The position numbers and the translations under genes are program-made. Positions 38,691 to 47,883 of a stretch of 64,000 nucleotides of DNA are shown here, piece by piece; the stretch's first letter is position 1, and the number at the start of each line of letters is the position of its first letter. The DNA comes from an uncultured Pseudobdellovibrionaceae bacterium. GTDB lineage: Bacteria > Bdellovibrionota > FAC87 > UBA2466. The notes beneath the pieces were generated by a model, which had not been told where the DNA came from, searched no databases, and was given only the letters and a program-made list of their open reading frames with translations. The DNA lies in contig CAZZHG010000012.1 of assembly GCA_964653655.1 (NCBI GenBank), positions 1,116-65,115 of the forward strand. Direction: 5' to 3'.

Positions 38691-39341
38691 CTACCCGAGC
38701 TTCAGGTGAGTCAGTAGCTCCGGGAAAGCGTTGAGAATTTGCCCGGGCGTCCCCTTCACCCGGCCGAAACCGTAGCCGGCGGCGAGAAAGCGCGCCCCGG
38801 CCGCTTCCGCGCATTGGCGGTCCACCTCGTGGTCGCCTACCATCACCATTCCGCCTTTAGAAGGATCCACGCCTACCTTACGGGCGGCCTCCAGAAGATG
38901 AGCCGGGTGCGGCTTGAAGCGCGAGACGCTGTCCAGCCCCGCGATGGCGTCGAAAGTTATCGTCGGTAAATAGTGTTGGAGGGTCAGCTCGGCGACCTTC
39001 GTGTGCTTGTTGGTGACCACGGCCACCTTCAGGCCGGCCTTCGCCCGTAACGTCCGAAGCGTTTCCTCGACCCCGGGGTAAGCCGACCCGCCGGCGTAGG
39101 GCTCTTCCAGGTAGGAGAGCCGGAACGCCTCGATCGCCTTGGGCTGCTCCTCGGCCGGAAGTTCCGGGCAGCCGTGCTGGACAAGATAATTCACCCCATG
39201 GCCGATGCAGGGGCGCAGCTCCTCCGTGGAGCGGATAGGCAGCCCGTAGACCTTATGCCGCACCCGGTTAAGATGGCCGCAGATGTCCTCCAGGCTGTCG
39301 ATCAGAGTACCGTCCAAATCTAGAAAAATAGCTGAAATCAT
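38691..39341 (-). CDS. HAD-family phosphatase (phosphoglycolate phosphatase-like)
   Basis: DLDGTLIDS, VVTNK, KPHP, MVGDHEVD. Confidence 0.9.
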   Translation of the reverse strand: MISAIFLDLDGTLIDSLEDICGHLNRVRHKVYGLPIRSTEELRPCIGHGVNYLVQHGCPELPAEEQPKAIEAFRLSYLEEPYAGGSAYPGVEETLRTLRAKAGLKVAVVTNKHTKVAELTLQHYLPTITFDAIAGLDSVSRFKPHPAHLLEAARKVGVDPSKGGMVMVGDHEVDRQCAEAAGARFLAAGYGFGRVKGTPGQILNAFPELLTHLKLG

Positions 39342-39401
39342 TGGGTAAATATAACCAACCGGGCTCAACCGGTTTTACTTGTACCCGAGCCCGGTTCCTT
39401 T

Positions 39402-39428
39402 TGTCACAACAATCACGGCCGTTCGTCT
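39402..39428 (+). promoter_or_regulatory. Candidate ECF-sigma autoregulatory promoter
   Basis: TGTCACA-N15-CGTCT about 65 nt upstream of the ECF gene; preceded by a 10-bp inverted repeat (39357-39366 / 39387-39396). Confidence 0.5.
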
Positions 39429-39492
39429 ATAACCCTAGAAGACTGGGGTTTTTACCCATCTCAGTCATTTAAAGAGGGGTCAGGGTTCTCGA

Positions 39493-40086
39493 ATGGGCAA
39501 CGAGCTGAAGTCTTGGGTCAAGCGCCTGAGGAAAGGAGACCAGAGTGCCTTTCTTCCGTTCTACGAGAAGACCGCTCCCGGTTTGATGCGGTTCCTTCTT
39601 TGGAAGTCGAACGGAAACAAGGAACTCTCGGAAGACATCCTGCAGGAGAGTTACGTGCGCTTTCTCCTGCACCTCGACCGGCTTGAGTCGGAAGAGGAAA
39701 TCTCGATCCAGTCTTACCTGCTCCGGATCGTGAAACATTGTTTGATCGATAAAGTGGCGAGGAGCCCGCACGCGGCCCGGCACCACATACCGATGGAAGA
39801 CGCACTCCACTTGGCGGAAACCAGAGAGGAAGCCAAGCAGGAGCAAGCGGTGGAACTGAGAGAACTTGCGATTGCCATGAAATCACTGAGTGAAAAAGAT
39901 TCCGAAATCATCTGGCTGAGAGACGCGATGGGAATGTCCCATCGGGAGGTCGCCGAACAGGTCGGCATCTCCGAGCAGGCCTCGCGCCAGGCTTACGTCC
40001 GCGCGAAGCGCTCGCTCCTATCGGAGCTGGCCGCCACCGGAGCCGCGGTTTTCAACGGGGGGGACTATGCTGCTGAATTGTCCTAA
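39493..40086 (+). CDS. ECF sigma-70 factor
   Basis: GDQSAF..FY, SEDILQESY, SYLLRIVKH (region 2); region 4 LSEKDSEIIWLRDAMGMSHREVAEQVGIS. Confidence 0.92.
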   Translation: MGNELKSWVKRLRKGDQSAFLPFYEKTAPGLMRFLLWKSNGNKELSEDILQESYVRFLLHLDRLESEEEISIQSYLLRIVKHCLIDKVARSPHAARHHIPMEDALHLAETREEAKQEQAVELRELAIAMKSLSEKDSEIIWLRDAMGMSHREVAEQVGISEQASRQAYVRAKRSLLSELAATGAAVFNGGDYAAELS

Positions 40087-40606
40087 GCCCGAAAAGCTCC
40101 TCGAGCTGTTCACCATCCCCGACGAGATTTCCTTCAGCCAGCGCGCGGTCACCAAAACCCACGCTTTCTTCTGCGCCGACTGCCAGGCAAAGCTCACGAC
40201 CCTCAAGTCGTCGTGGGAACACTATTTCAAGCCCGAGCCCGACATCACGTCGTCTCTTCTGAAGGTGTACTCGAAGCTTCAGAAGGACGAGACGCTGATC
40301 CTGAAAGGCTGGAAGCTCGGCGACACTCCCAGAAAACGCGGCGCGCGCCACGTTCTGTTCAACGAAGGCTGGCTCTTCCGCGGGAGCGTCGGCCTCGGCA
40401 TGGCGGCCCTCGTCGCGGTAATCGCCGTGGGTCCCCTGAACAAGTCGCAGCCGAGGGAAGACCTCGTAGCGGACGTTTTCAAATCGGCGAAAGCCGAGCT
40501 TCCCCTCATGCAGATTCGCACTGAGGACAAGGACTCGGTGAAGGTGCGTTACCTTCAGCCGGAGCTGCTCCAAACCATCGAATTTGAAACGACGAGCGCC
40601 AGATGA
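40067..40606 (+). CDS. Putative zinc-binding (ZAS) transmembrane anti-sigma factor
   Basis: HAFFCADC (HxxxCxxC), one TM helix GLGMAALVAVIAVG; overlaps the sigma gene. Confidence 0.75.
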   Translation: MLLNCPKPEKLLELFTIPDEISFSQRAVTKTHAFFCADCQAKLTTLKSSWEHYFKPEPDITSSLLKVYSKLQKDETLILKGWKLGDTPRKRGARHVLFNEGWLFRGSVGLGMAALVAVIAVGPLNKSQPREDLVADVFKSAKAELPLMQIRTEDKDSVKVRYLQPELLQTIEFETTSAR

Positions 40607-41418
40607 AACAACGCTTTTTAATGACGGCTTTATTCATGGGCGGGGGTATCGCTGCGAACGCGATGCCTCCGCTCCCTCCTCCTTCCGCGGCGATTTCGCC
40701 GGTACCGGCTCAGTTCATGACCACGGTTCAGTTTTCGGTTCAGGAGCGCACTCCGATGCTCAATCAGCGTGGCCAGCAGCTCGTGGTCGACGAGTTTTCC
40801 GACGTATTCGAGGCCTGGCCCGAGTTCACGGGCAAGCGTTACGAAGTGAAGATGAACGGCCCCGAAGTCGTCTTCTACGTCACCGGCTCCAACGATTTGC
40901 GCCAGCCCATGGAAAAGGCGATGGCCCAGCTCATTCAGGAGCTGAACGGCCGGGTCCGCGCCCGAGGCCGCACTCAGTTTTACCGCACGAGCTTCGAGCA
41001 AGGCGGCGGCGGCTCCCTCGAAGTGCGCACCGACGACTCCCATTCGAAAATCGTTTCCGTCTCCGCCCAGAGCGTTCCCCTTCGCGACATCCTGAAGGAG
41101 ATCAAGACTCAAGTGGGCGGTCTCAGCTACCTCATCCCGGGCGAGTGCGCGGAGCAGCTCGTCGACTGGAGCTACGGCGAGGAAGGCACCTCGGAGCCGA
41201 AAGCCCTCGATGCCGCCATGCGGGAAATCGGAGCCCTCTTCAAGCTAAACCTCCAGAAGCAGAACAACACCTACGTATTCAGCGGCCCGTGCGATGCGGC
41301 CCAGATACCGAAGGTCAAAGGCCGCCCGCTCACCAACGAGCTGTGGACCGACCTTCCCAAGGGCCATGGCGTGCGGCCTACCGCCGTGTTCTTTTCCGTT
41401 CCGCCCATTGCGAGGTAA
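40603..41418 (+). CDS. Secreted periplasmic protein with STN/N0-like domain
   Basis: Signal peptide; VSVSAQSVPLRDILKEIKTQVG.LSYLI...LDAAMREIGALFKL....NTYVF; ATGA overlap with the anti-sigma gene. Confidence 0.6.
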   Translation: MKQRFLMTALFMGGGIAANAMPPLPPPSAAISPVPAQFMTTVQFSVQERTPMLNQRGQQLVVDEFSDVFEAWPEFTGKRYEVKMNGPEVVFYVTGSNDLRQPMEKAMAQLIQELNGRVRARGRTQFYRTSFEQGGGGSLEVRTDDSHSKIVSVSAQSVPLRDILKEIKTQVGGLSYLIPGECAEQLVDWSYGEEGTSEPKALDAAMREIGALFKLNLQKQNNTYVFSGPCDAAQIPKVKGRPLTNELWTDLPKGHGVRPTAVFFSVPPIAR

Positions 41419-41430
41419 ACTCTCTCCCTG

Positions 41431-42102
41431 GTGAGAGTCTCCTTCGGAATCTGCGTATATGAGGATGCCGAGGCCATCGCCTCGGCCATCGAAACCTATC
41501 TGCTTCCTTCCCTGAAGCTCGCCTCTGGAGCCGAAATTCTCTGCGTCGACAACAGCCGCTCCCCTTCGAAACTGGTCGAGGCTCGCCTCGCGGCCTCTGG
41601 CTACCCGTTCCGTTACGACTGGAGCCGGCGCAACCTCAAGTACTCGGCCACTCTCAATCGGCTGGTCGCACAAGCGGGCCACCCGTACTTCGTCTACGTT
41701 TGCCTCGCCCACTGCGAGCTAAGAGACCCCAGCTGGTGGAAAGATCTGCTCGCGCCGCTCGAGGATCCGTCCGTCGGAATGTCGGGCTGCCGGCAGGACG
41801 GGCCGTGGGAGTTTCCGGCCGAGCACATTCAGGGGGGAGTTTTCGCGGCCCGCACCGAGGTGCTTCGCGCGCTTCCTTACTCACCGGCCTACCCTCACGA
41901 TTTTTCCGACATCGACATGAGCCAGCGCCTCGGCGACGAGGGTTACCGCCTGGCCGACGTGACCTCGGTCCGTAATCTTCTTCCGGGGCAGGCGCCGGGG
42001 GAAGGCTGGAAGATCCTTCACCGAAGCCGTCCGCGAACCCGCGCCGGCAAGTTGCTGCGCTTTCTCCGCCACGGTCTGGCTCCCCTGGACATCATCACTT
42101 AA
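41431..42102 (+). CDS. Glycosyltransferase family 2-like protein
   Basis: GTG start; ILCVDNS, NLKYSATLN, GGVFAAR, DFSDIDMSQR. Confidence 0.7.
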   Translation: MRVSFGICVYEDAEAIASAIETYLLPSLKLASGAEILCVDNSRSPSKLVEARLAASGYPFRYDWSRRNLKYSATLNRLVAQAGHPYFVYVCLAHCELRDPSWWKDLLAPLEDPSVGMSGCRQDGPWEFPAEHIQGGVFAARTEVLRALPYSPAYPHDFSDIDMSQRLGDEGYRLADVTSVRNLLPGQAPGEGWKILHRSRPRTRAGKLLRFLRHGLAPLDIIT

Positions 42103-42166
42103 CTGATGGCTTCGCGCCGCTGGAAGTCGTGCCTTACGGGCCTCCATGGCCGGATAATTCCCTTTC

Positions 42167-42955
42167 ATGCTGATGACCGCGCAGATCCGCTCCGGCTGGG
42201 CCTCTCGAAGGGAAGCTCTGGAAGCCTTGTTGCGTTGCCGATTCGCCGAAGGAGAGTACCGCTCGGTGGCGGGGCTTCTGCTGTCGCTCGCCAATCCCCT
42301 TCTCACCCTCGCCATCCTCAACGGCGTTTTCTCCCGTCATTTCAGTGAAGGCGTGCGCGCGTATCCGCTGACTCTGCTCATCGCGATCGTCTGCGTGAAC
42401 TACGTGATTCAAGCGGCCGGTCCCGTCATGCTGGCGCTACGGCAGAACCGTGAAGTGGTTCTGAACTCTCCACTCCACCGGGAATGCCTTCTGCTCGCGG
42501 AATTTCTCTATGCCTCCGTAAAGCTCGGCCTCGAACTGAGTCTGTGCCTCCTTTTTTCGGCCGGTATCGACGAGCTTTCTCTGCTTCGGCTGCCGCTGCT
42601 GGTTCCGGCGGTGCTTGGCCTCGGTGCCTTCGTTTTCGGACTCGGGCTCGGCATGTCGCTTCTCTATTGCCTCTTCCGGGACATGCAACACTTCTGGACT
42701 TTGGGCTCGCGCATTCTGTTCTTCGTCACGCCGGTCTTTTATCCGTTGAGCGCCCTTTCTCCGCAGTCGGCGGCGCTTCTACGCGCGGTAAATCCACTGA
42801 CCTCGTTCGTGATCACCTTCCGATCGATATTCATGAAGAGTCTTCCCCTCGACGGAACCGCGTTCACCCAAAGCCTGCTGTGGGGCCTCCTTTCTCTAAC
42901 GGCGGGCGCTCTGGCCTTTTATTTGTGGCAAGCCCGCTGCTCGGAGAACCTATGA
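42167..42955 (+). CDS. ABC-2 polysaccharide export permease (Wzm-like)
   Basis: LLSLANPLL, FRDMQHFW, FFVTPVFYP, NPLT; about six TM segments. Confidence 0.88.
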   Translation: MLMTAQIRSGWASRREALEALLRCRFAEGEYRSVAGLLLSLANPLLTLAILNGVFSRHFSEGVRAYPLTLLIAIVCVNYVIQAAGPVMLALRQNREVVLNSPLHRECLLLAEFLYASVKLGLELSLCLLFSAGIDELSLLRLPLLVPAVLGLGAFVFGLGLGMSLLYCLFRDMQHFWTLGSRILFFVTPVFYPLSALSPQSAALLRAVNPLTSFVITFRSIFMKSLPLDGTAFTQSLLWGLLSLTAGALAFYLWQARCSENL

Positions 42956-43695
42956 CCGACGTATTCGTCGACGTGCGCGGCCTCTCCAAGTGGTTTCCCA
43001 AGCGAAAGACCTGGCCGACTCTCCTGGGCTGGCTTCCGCGAGTCTTGAAAGGCGAGACGAAGCTCGGTGGTAAGTGGGTGCTGGACGGCGTGGATTTCTG
43101 CTTGGCACGGGGGGAGCGGGTCGCTCTCGTCGGGGACAACGGTTCCGGCAAGACGACACTGCTTCGGATCCTGTCGGGAATCTTTCACCCGACCCGCGGG
43201 CACTTCAGCGTTCGGCAGAAGCCGGCGGCCCTTTTTAGAATTTGGACCGCCGCCGGCCGGGAGCTCACGGTCGCCGAGACGCTTTTTCTTCACGGCGCAG
43301 CCCACGGGCTTGACCGCCGCCAGATGGAATCCCGTTTGGAAACGGCCCTCGAGGCCGCCGGACTCTCCTCCCGCCGGGACGAACCGGCCCGCGCTCTTTC
43401 CGTCGGGCAGAATCAGGCGCTTGCCCTTGCGGCTTTCCTGCAAACCGAGCGCGAGTTTCTGATCTTCGATGAGAGTTTCGTCCACTTGGACGCGGGAGCG
43501 GCCGCGCGCTGCTTCGCCCGCTTCGACGAGCTTCTCACAGGCCGAACCCTGCTGATGACCTCCCACGATCCCGACATCCTGCGCCGTTTCTGCACCCGGG
43601 CCTTGTGCCTGGAAAACGGCCGTATCGCCGACTCCGGTACCGTCGACGAGGTACTCGAACGCCATCAGAGCCGATCCATGGCGCGCCCTAGTTAG
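42952..43695 (+). CDS. Polysaccharide ABC transporter ATPase (Wzt-like, no C-terminal carbohydrate-binding domain)
   Basis: GDNGSGKTT, LSVGQ, FLIFDE, MTSHD; ATGA overlap with the wzm-like gene. Confidence 0.88.
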   Translation: MTDVFVDVRGLSKWFPKRKTWPTLLGWLPRVLKGETKLGGKWVLDGVDFCLARGERVALVGDNGSGKTTLLRILSGIFHPTRGHFSVRQKPAALFRIWTAAGRELTVAETLFLHGAAHGLDRRQMESRLETALEAAGLSSRRDEPARALSVGQNQALALAAFLQTEREFLIFDESFVHLDAGAAARCFARFDELLTGRTLLMTSHDPDILRRFCTRALCLENGRIADSGTVDEVLERHQSRSMARPS

Positions 43696-43732
43696 CCGGG
43701 AACCCGCCGCGGGTGGTAACTTCGCGGAACCG

Positions 43733-44503
43733 ATGGGGCATCGCCTGGAACGCTGGTCGCGGGAAAGTAAGATGCTCGCCTGGCGCGCCTACCTCGCCGG
43801 CCGCTACCACCTCACTTCCGAAAAACGCCGCCCCGATCAGGTGCTCCTGGTGCTCTCCACTTACCGCACCGGCTCCACTTTGCTCATCGACTATTTGAAC
43901 GGCCTGCCCGGCGCCCGCTTCTTCGGAGAGCTGATGCACACGGGACAATGCCGTGGCCCGAAGTCCGGAATGCGAAAGGACCTGCTTCCGTTTCTGCGCG
44001 GGCTCTTCAATGGGCACTCGCTCACCGGGTTCAAGATCCAGCTCGATCAGCTGGAGGCAAGCGACGTCACTCTCACGGATCTGAAGTCTTTATCCCGCGA
44101 CACCCGGTTCCTGCTCCTCTACAGGCGATCGCTTTTTCGTCAGTTCGTTTCCCATAAACACGCCCTCCAAACCGACGTGTGGGAGCTGACTCCGCCCCGA
44201 ACGCCCCTGAAAATCGACGAGACGGAGCTCCTCGCTTACTGCGACGGGATCCGCCGCCGGTACGAAGGGGCCCGCAAGCGGCTCGCCGGGGAACGCTGCT
44301 GGGCGCTCGCCTACGAGGACCTCTGCCGCGCGGGACCCGTGGGATTTTCGGAGGGGCTGCACGCTTTCGCCGGCACCGAGCCCTTTCATCCCGTCTCCCG
44401 CCTTATCAAACAGAGCCGGGACTTGAGAGGCGAAATCTCGAATTACCTTGAGGTGGAACGCTGGATCGATCACCCGAGAACCAAACTGGAGATCGGCGAA
44501 TGA
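43733..44503 (+). CDS. Sulfotransferase (Stf0/NodH-like)
   Basis: PAPS-loop STYRTGSTLL, FFGELM, GFKIQLDQL, LYRRSLFRQFVS, LAYEDL. Confidence 0.8.
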   Translation: MGHRLERWSRESKMLAWRAYLAGRYHLTSEKRRPDQVLLVLSTYRTGSTLLIDYLNGLPGARFFGELMHTGQCRGPKSGMRKDLLPFLRGLFNGHSLTGFKIQLDQLEASDVTLTDLKSLSRDTRFLLLYRRSLFRQFVSHKHALQTDVWELTPPRTPLKIDETELLAYCDGIRRRYEGARKRLAGERCWALAYEDLCRAGPVGFSEGLHAFAGTEPFHPVSRLIKQSRDLRGEISNYLEVERWIDHPRTKLEIGE

Positions 44504-45651
44504 ACGTACTTCTGGTTTCCGCGGCCTATCCGCCCCACGACTCCGGAGAAGCAGCCTATGCCCACCGCATGGCCGAGTGGCTCAAGGAAAGAGGCCACGA
44601 AGTGCGGGTCGCCTCCAACGCCGAAACCCCGGGTGGCCTCGTCGTCAAAAGGTGGGACTGGCAAGGCGGAAGAGACCTGGTCAGCCGGCTCGCGTCCGCT
44701 CCGCCGGAAGCGGTCGTGCTTCACTATACGGATTGGATCTACGGCCACCCCATGGTGCGCTGGCTTCCGACCCTGCTCGGCCATCTGAAACCCAGGCCCA
44801 AGCTTCTCACCCTTTTCCACAATCACGTGAACGGCAAGTTCGAGGGAAATACCGGCTGGTGGGGCCGCGAGCGGGATCGGATCAAGCACGGAACGCTTCT
44901 CCACCAAAGCGATCGCATTGTCGTTCTCGCCGACTGGCACAAGCGGCTATTGACTCGCCTCGAGCCGGGCTGCGCCGAGCGCTGTGAGACGGTGCCGGTG
45001 TTTTCCTTTCTGGAGCCCCGGGGAAAACCCCGCGCCTGGTGCCGAAAGGATCTTGGCCTCGATCCGAAGGCCTTTTGGATCTCGTTTTACGGCTACCTTT
45101 ACGGCGACAAAGACCTACGCACGCTCTTTCGGGCGCTGACGCTGCTGCGGGGACGCGGCGAGGACGCGAGACTCCTTCTCGTCGGAGGGGCGCCGAACGG
45201 GCAGGAGCATTTCGATCGGATCTACCGGCAGGCGGCCGAAGAGGAAGGCATCCTCGATTCGCTGGTATTTCTAGGAAAGCATTCGAGCTCGGAAAAGGCT
45301 CCTTCGCTCGCGCTTTCGGCTTCCGACGTCTGCGCCCTTCCCTTTCTCGGCGGCGCCAGCACGAGGCGAAGCTCTCTCGCGGCGGCTCTAGGCCACGGCC
45401 TTCCGGTGGTTTCCCCCTTCGGTCCCGAAACGAGTGAAATCCTCGTCGATAAAGAAGGCTTGCTCCTGCACCGGCCGGGAGACGCCCAGGACTTGACCAG
45501 AGTTCTGTGGAACCTCGCCCGCGATCCGCAAAGCCGGCAACGCCACGGCGACGCCGCCCGCGAGCTGCACGACGAGATCTTTTCCTTTCAAGGAGCGATG
45601 GAGCGGCTGGAATCCCTAATCGGCCAAGGCGGCGGCCAGACATTCCACTAA
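44500..45651 (+). CDS. Glycosyltransferase family 4
   Basis: VSAAYPP..SGEA, FYGYL..DK, SDVCALPF, ALGHGLPVV. Confidence 0.9.
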   Translation: MNVLLVSAAYPPHDSGEAAYAHRMAEWLKERGHEVRVASNAETPGGLVVKRWDWQGGRDLVSRLASAPPEAVVLHYTDWIYGHPMVRWLPTLLGHLKPRPKLLTLFHNHVNGKFEGNTGWWGRERDRIKHGTLLHQSDRIVVLADWHKRLLTRLEPGCAERCETVPVFSFLEPRGKPRAWCRKDLGLDPKAFWISFYGYLYGDKDLRTLFRALTLLRGRGEDARLLLVGGAPNGQEHFDRIYRQAAEEEGILDSLVFLGKHSSSEKAPSLALSASDVCALPFLGGASTRRSSLAAALGHGLPVVSPFGPETSEILVDKEGLLLHRPGDAQDLTRVLWNLARDPQSRQRHGDAARELHDEIFSFQGAMERLESLIGQGGGQTFH

Positions 45652-46743
45652 TCGGGAGCGGGGCCTCTTCTCCCTTACGGTTTCAAAAGCCGCGCGGCCC
45701 ATCTGTTTGGCGAGCCCCGCGTCTTTCGAGAGCTGAAGGCAGCGGCGGGCGAACTCCGCCCCGTCCTTAACGATGAATCCGTTTTCCCCGTGCACCACCG
45801 GGGCTCCCCGCACGCCGGACTCCATAGCGACGACGGGAACGCCGTGGCTCATCGCCTCGACGATCTTCCACTGCTCTCCCGTGCCGGAGGAAGCGGGACA
45901 AGCTAGAAACCGGGCGTGCCGATAAACTTGGTGGACCTCTTCCACGGCGCCCACTTCCACCAGTTTGGGATGGGACACGGGAGCGTGACCGAAAACTCGA
46001 AGGCTGAAATCGGCCTCCGGCCGGGGAAGCACTTCTTCGGCGAGAAACGAGGCTCCCTGCCGGTTGAAAGGGTTGTCGCTAGCGAACAAAACTCCTTCTC
46101 CCTCTAGATCGGACGTCTCGCTACCCGCGTCCGCGCACATCGGAACGTACAACGTGACGCTTTCGCGAACGTGAAAGGAGATCTCCTCCGCTTCCCGTTC
46201 CGAAAGCGACAGAATGCGGCCAAACCGAGAGAGCGCTTTCCATTCGGCGGGATCCGTGTCGGGAGACTCGTTTCGCTGAAGCGCCTGATTGCGGGATACC
46301 AAATCGTTCGTGTCGACGATCGCTTCCCGCCGATGGCGCCAGGAACGCGGAAGCAAATCGGACCAAAGGCTGTAAAAGATCAGAATCCGGTCCGGATTCA
46401 ACCGGCCGACGAGTCTGTGGAAGTGACGCTTCAAGGGAAGCGGGCACACCGATCTCGCGAGCGCCGCGAACCGGCCCGAATCATCGAAGCGGCGCCGGGC
46501 CCGGCGCTTCGCCCAACCTCTCCAAGGCGTCAGAGGGGGGGCGAGCCAGAGGCGGATGGATTTCGCGTGAAGGGCTTCCACGGCGTCGACCGTCCAAGGC
46601 CTCACCGAAGTGTAGGAGGCGCTCGCAAGGTGAACGTCCCAGCCCAGTTCCGCCAGCGCGGTCGCCACTTCCCAGAAGCGGCGGTCCGAACCGGACCGGA
46701 CCGGCCACGGATTGTTGGGATGAAAAAGCAGAATGCGCGCCAC
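45616..46743 (-). CDS. Glycosyltransferase family 4
   Basis: PWPVRSGSDRR, GEQWKIVEAMSHGVPVV, HGENGFI. Confidence 0.87.
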   Translation of the reverse strand: MARILLFHPNNPWPVRSGSDRRFWEVATALAELGWDVHLASASYTSVRPWTVDAVEALHAKSIRLWLAPPLTPWRGWAKRRARRRFDDSGRFAALARSVCPLPLKRHFHRLVGRLNPDRILIFYSLWSDLLPRSWRHRREAIVDTNDLVSRNQALQRNESPDTDPAEWKALSRFGRILSLSEREAEEISFHVRESVTLYVPMCADAGSETSDLEGEGVLFASDNPFNRQGASFLAEEVLPRPEADFSLRVFGHAPVSHPKLVEVGAVEEVHQVYRHARFLACPASSGTGEQWKIVEAMSHGVPVVAMESGVRGAPVVHGENGFIVKDGAEFARRCLQLSKDAGLAKQMGRAAFETVREKRPRSRLVECLAAALAD

Positions 46744-46879
46744 GGCCCAAGTGTAACCCCGGGCGAGCCGGTCTCAAGACGCGAGAGCCCGGCGAGGCTT
46801 GTAGTGTCCTCGTCGACACGAACGAGTTGCCTCGGCCAAGCGGACGCACGATCGATGCTTGTTCGAATTTGGACCGAAG

Positions 46880-47767
46880 TCAGCGCCGAGAAAGTACGCG
46901 CCAGCCCCACGACGAGAGGCGGGACTTCGCCCTCGCGGGGTCCAGAGTGGCGAGCAACGTGGGGGGTTCCCAGGCGCCGGATGCCGCCTCGTGCGTCAGG
47001 AGTCGGAGACTCGGCCGAAAGAGACCCCGGCCGAGCAGAAAAACGTGGTAGCCGGCGGCCTTCAGAAGCCCTCTCGATTCATCGTGTACCGGGTCATTCT
47101 CCTCGAACAGAATGTCCCGCACTCGACCGGACGCAAGTAAAGTTCGGGCGCCCTTTAGAACGGCCGCCTCGTGTCCTTCGACGTCGAGCTTTAGGAGGGC
47201 CGGAATGGGGCGGGACCGAAAGAACCCATCGAGTGTCGCCGTCCGGACGCTTAGCGAAGAACCCCTCGTGGAGCGGGATAGGCTGCTGAGCCCCGAGTTG
47301 ACGGCGAATGACTCGGGCACATGGAGTTCGGCTTCGCCTTCCCGATCGGAGAGGGCGAGCGCGTGGCACTCGACTCCGGCAACGCACCCGCTTCCCTTCC
47401 AGGAAGCGACATTCGCGGTGAGCTTGGAATAGAGCTCCGGGTGGGGCTCGAAAGCGTGGACCGAGCCTCCGGACGCGGACCGGCGGGCAAGCACGGCGGC
47501 CATCGAGCCGATGTTGGCTCCGACATCGACGGCGGTTTCACCGGGACTGAGAAGCCGATGGAGCGCCTCAGCCACTACCAAATCGTAGATTCCGAGGGTG
47601 ACTATGGCGCGTCCAATATTTTCGGACGGATTCACGCGCAGCGGCCAGCCCCAAGGGAGCCTCACGGTAAGCTCGCGGTCAGGAACGCCCGTTACCGCAA
47701 GGCGAAGACGCCTGGCGAGCTGGTCGGGACGAAACAAATACTCGGCCTTGGCGAGAGATTCACGCAT
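46880..47767 (-). CDS. FkbM-family methyltransferase
   Basis: AGGAG RBS; VDVGANIG, AFEPHP, TATLD, KLDVEGHE. Confidence 0.92.
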   Translation of the reverse strand: MRESLAKAEYLFRPDQLARRLRLAVTGVPDRELTVRLPWGWPLRVNPSENIGRAIVTLGIYDLVVAEALHRLLSPGETAVDVGANIGSMAAVLARRSASGGSVHAFEPHPELYSKLTANVASWKGSGCVAGVECHALALSDREGEAELHVPESFAVNSGLSSLSRSTRGSSLSVRTATLDGFFRSRPIPALLKLDVEGHEAAVLKGARTLLASGRVRDILFEENDPVHDESRGLLKAAGYHVFLLGRGLFRPSLRLLTHEAASGAWEPPTLLATLDPARAKSRLSSWGWRVLSRR

Positions 47768-47883
47768 GAGCTCCTATGAACGCTAACGTATTCGGAAGTA
47801 AAAAAGAATCGCTTTCGGCCGCGGGGTCATTGGTCCGTCGAGAGTTTAAGGAACGACGTTCAGGCTCAACTCCCTGACCAGAC

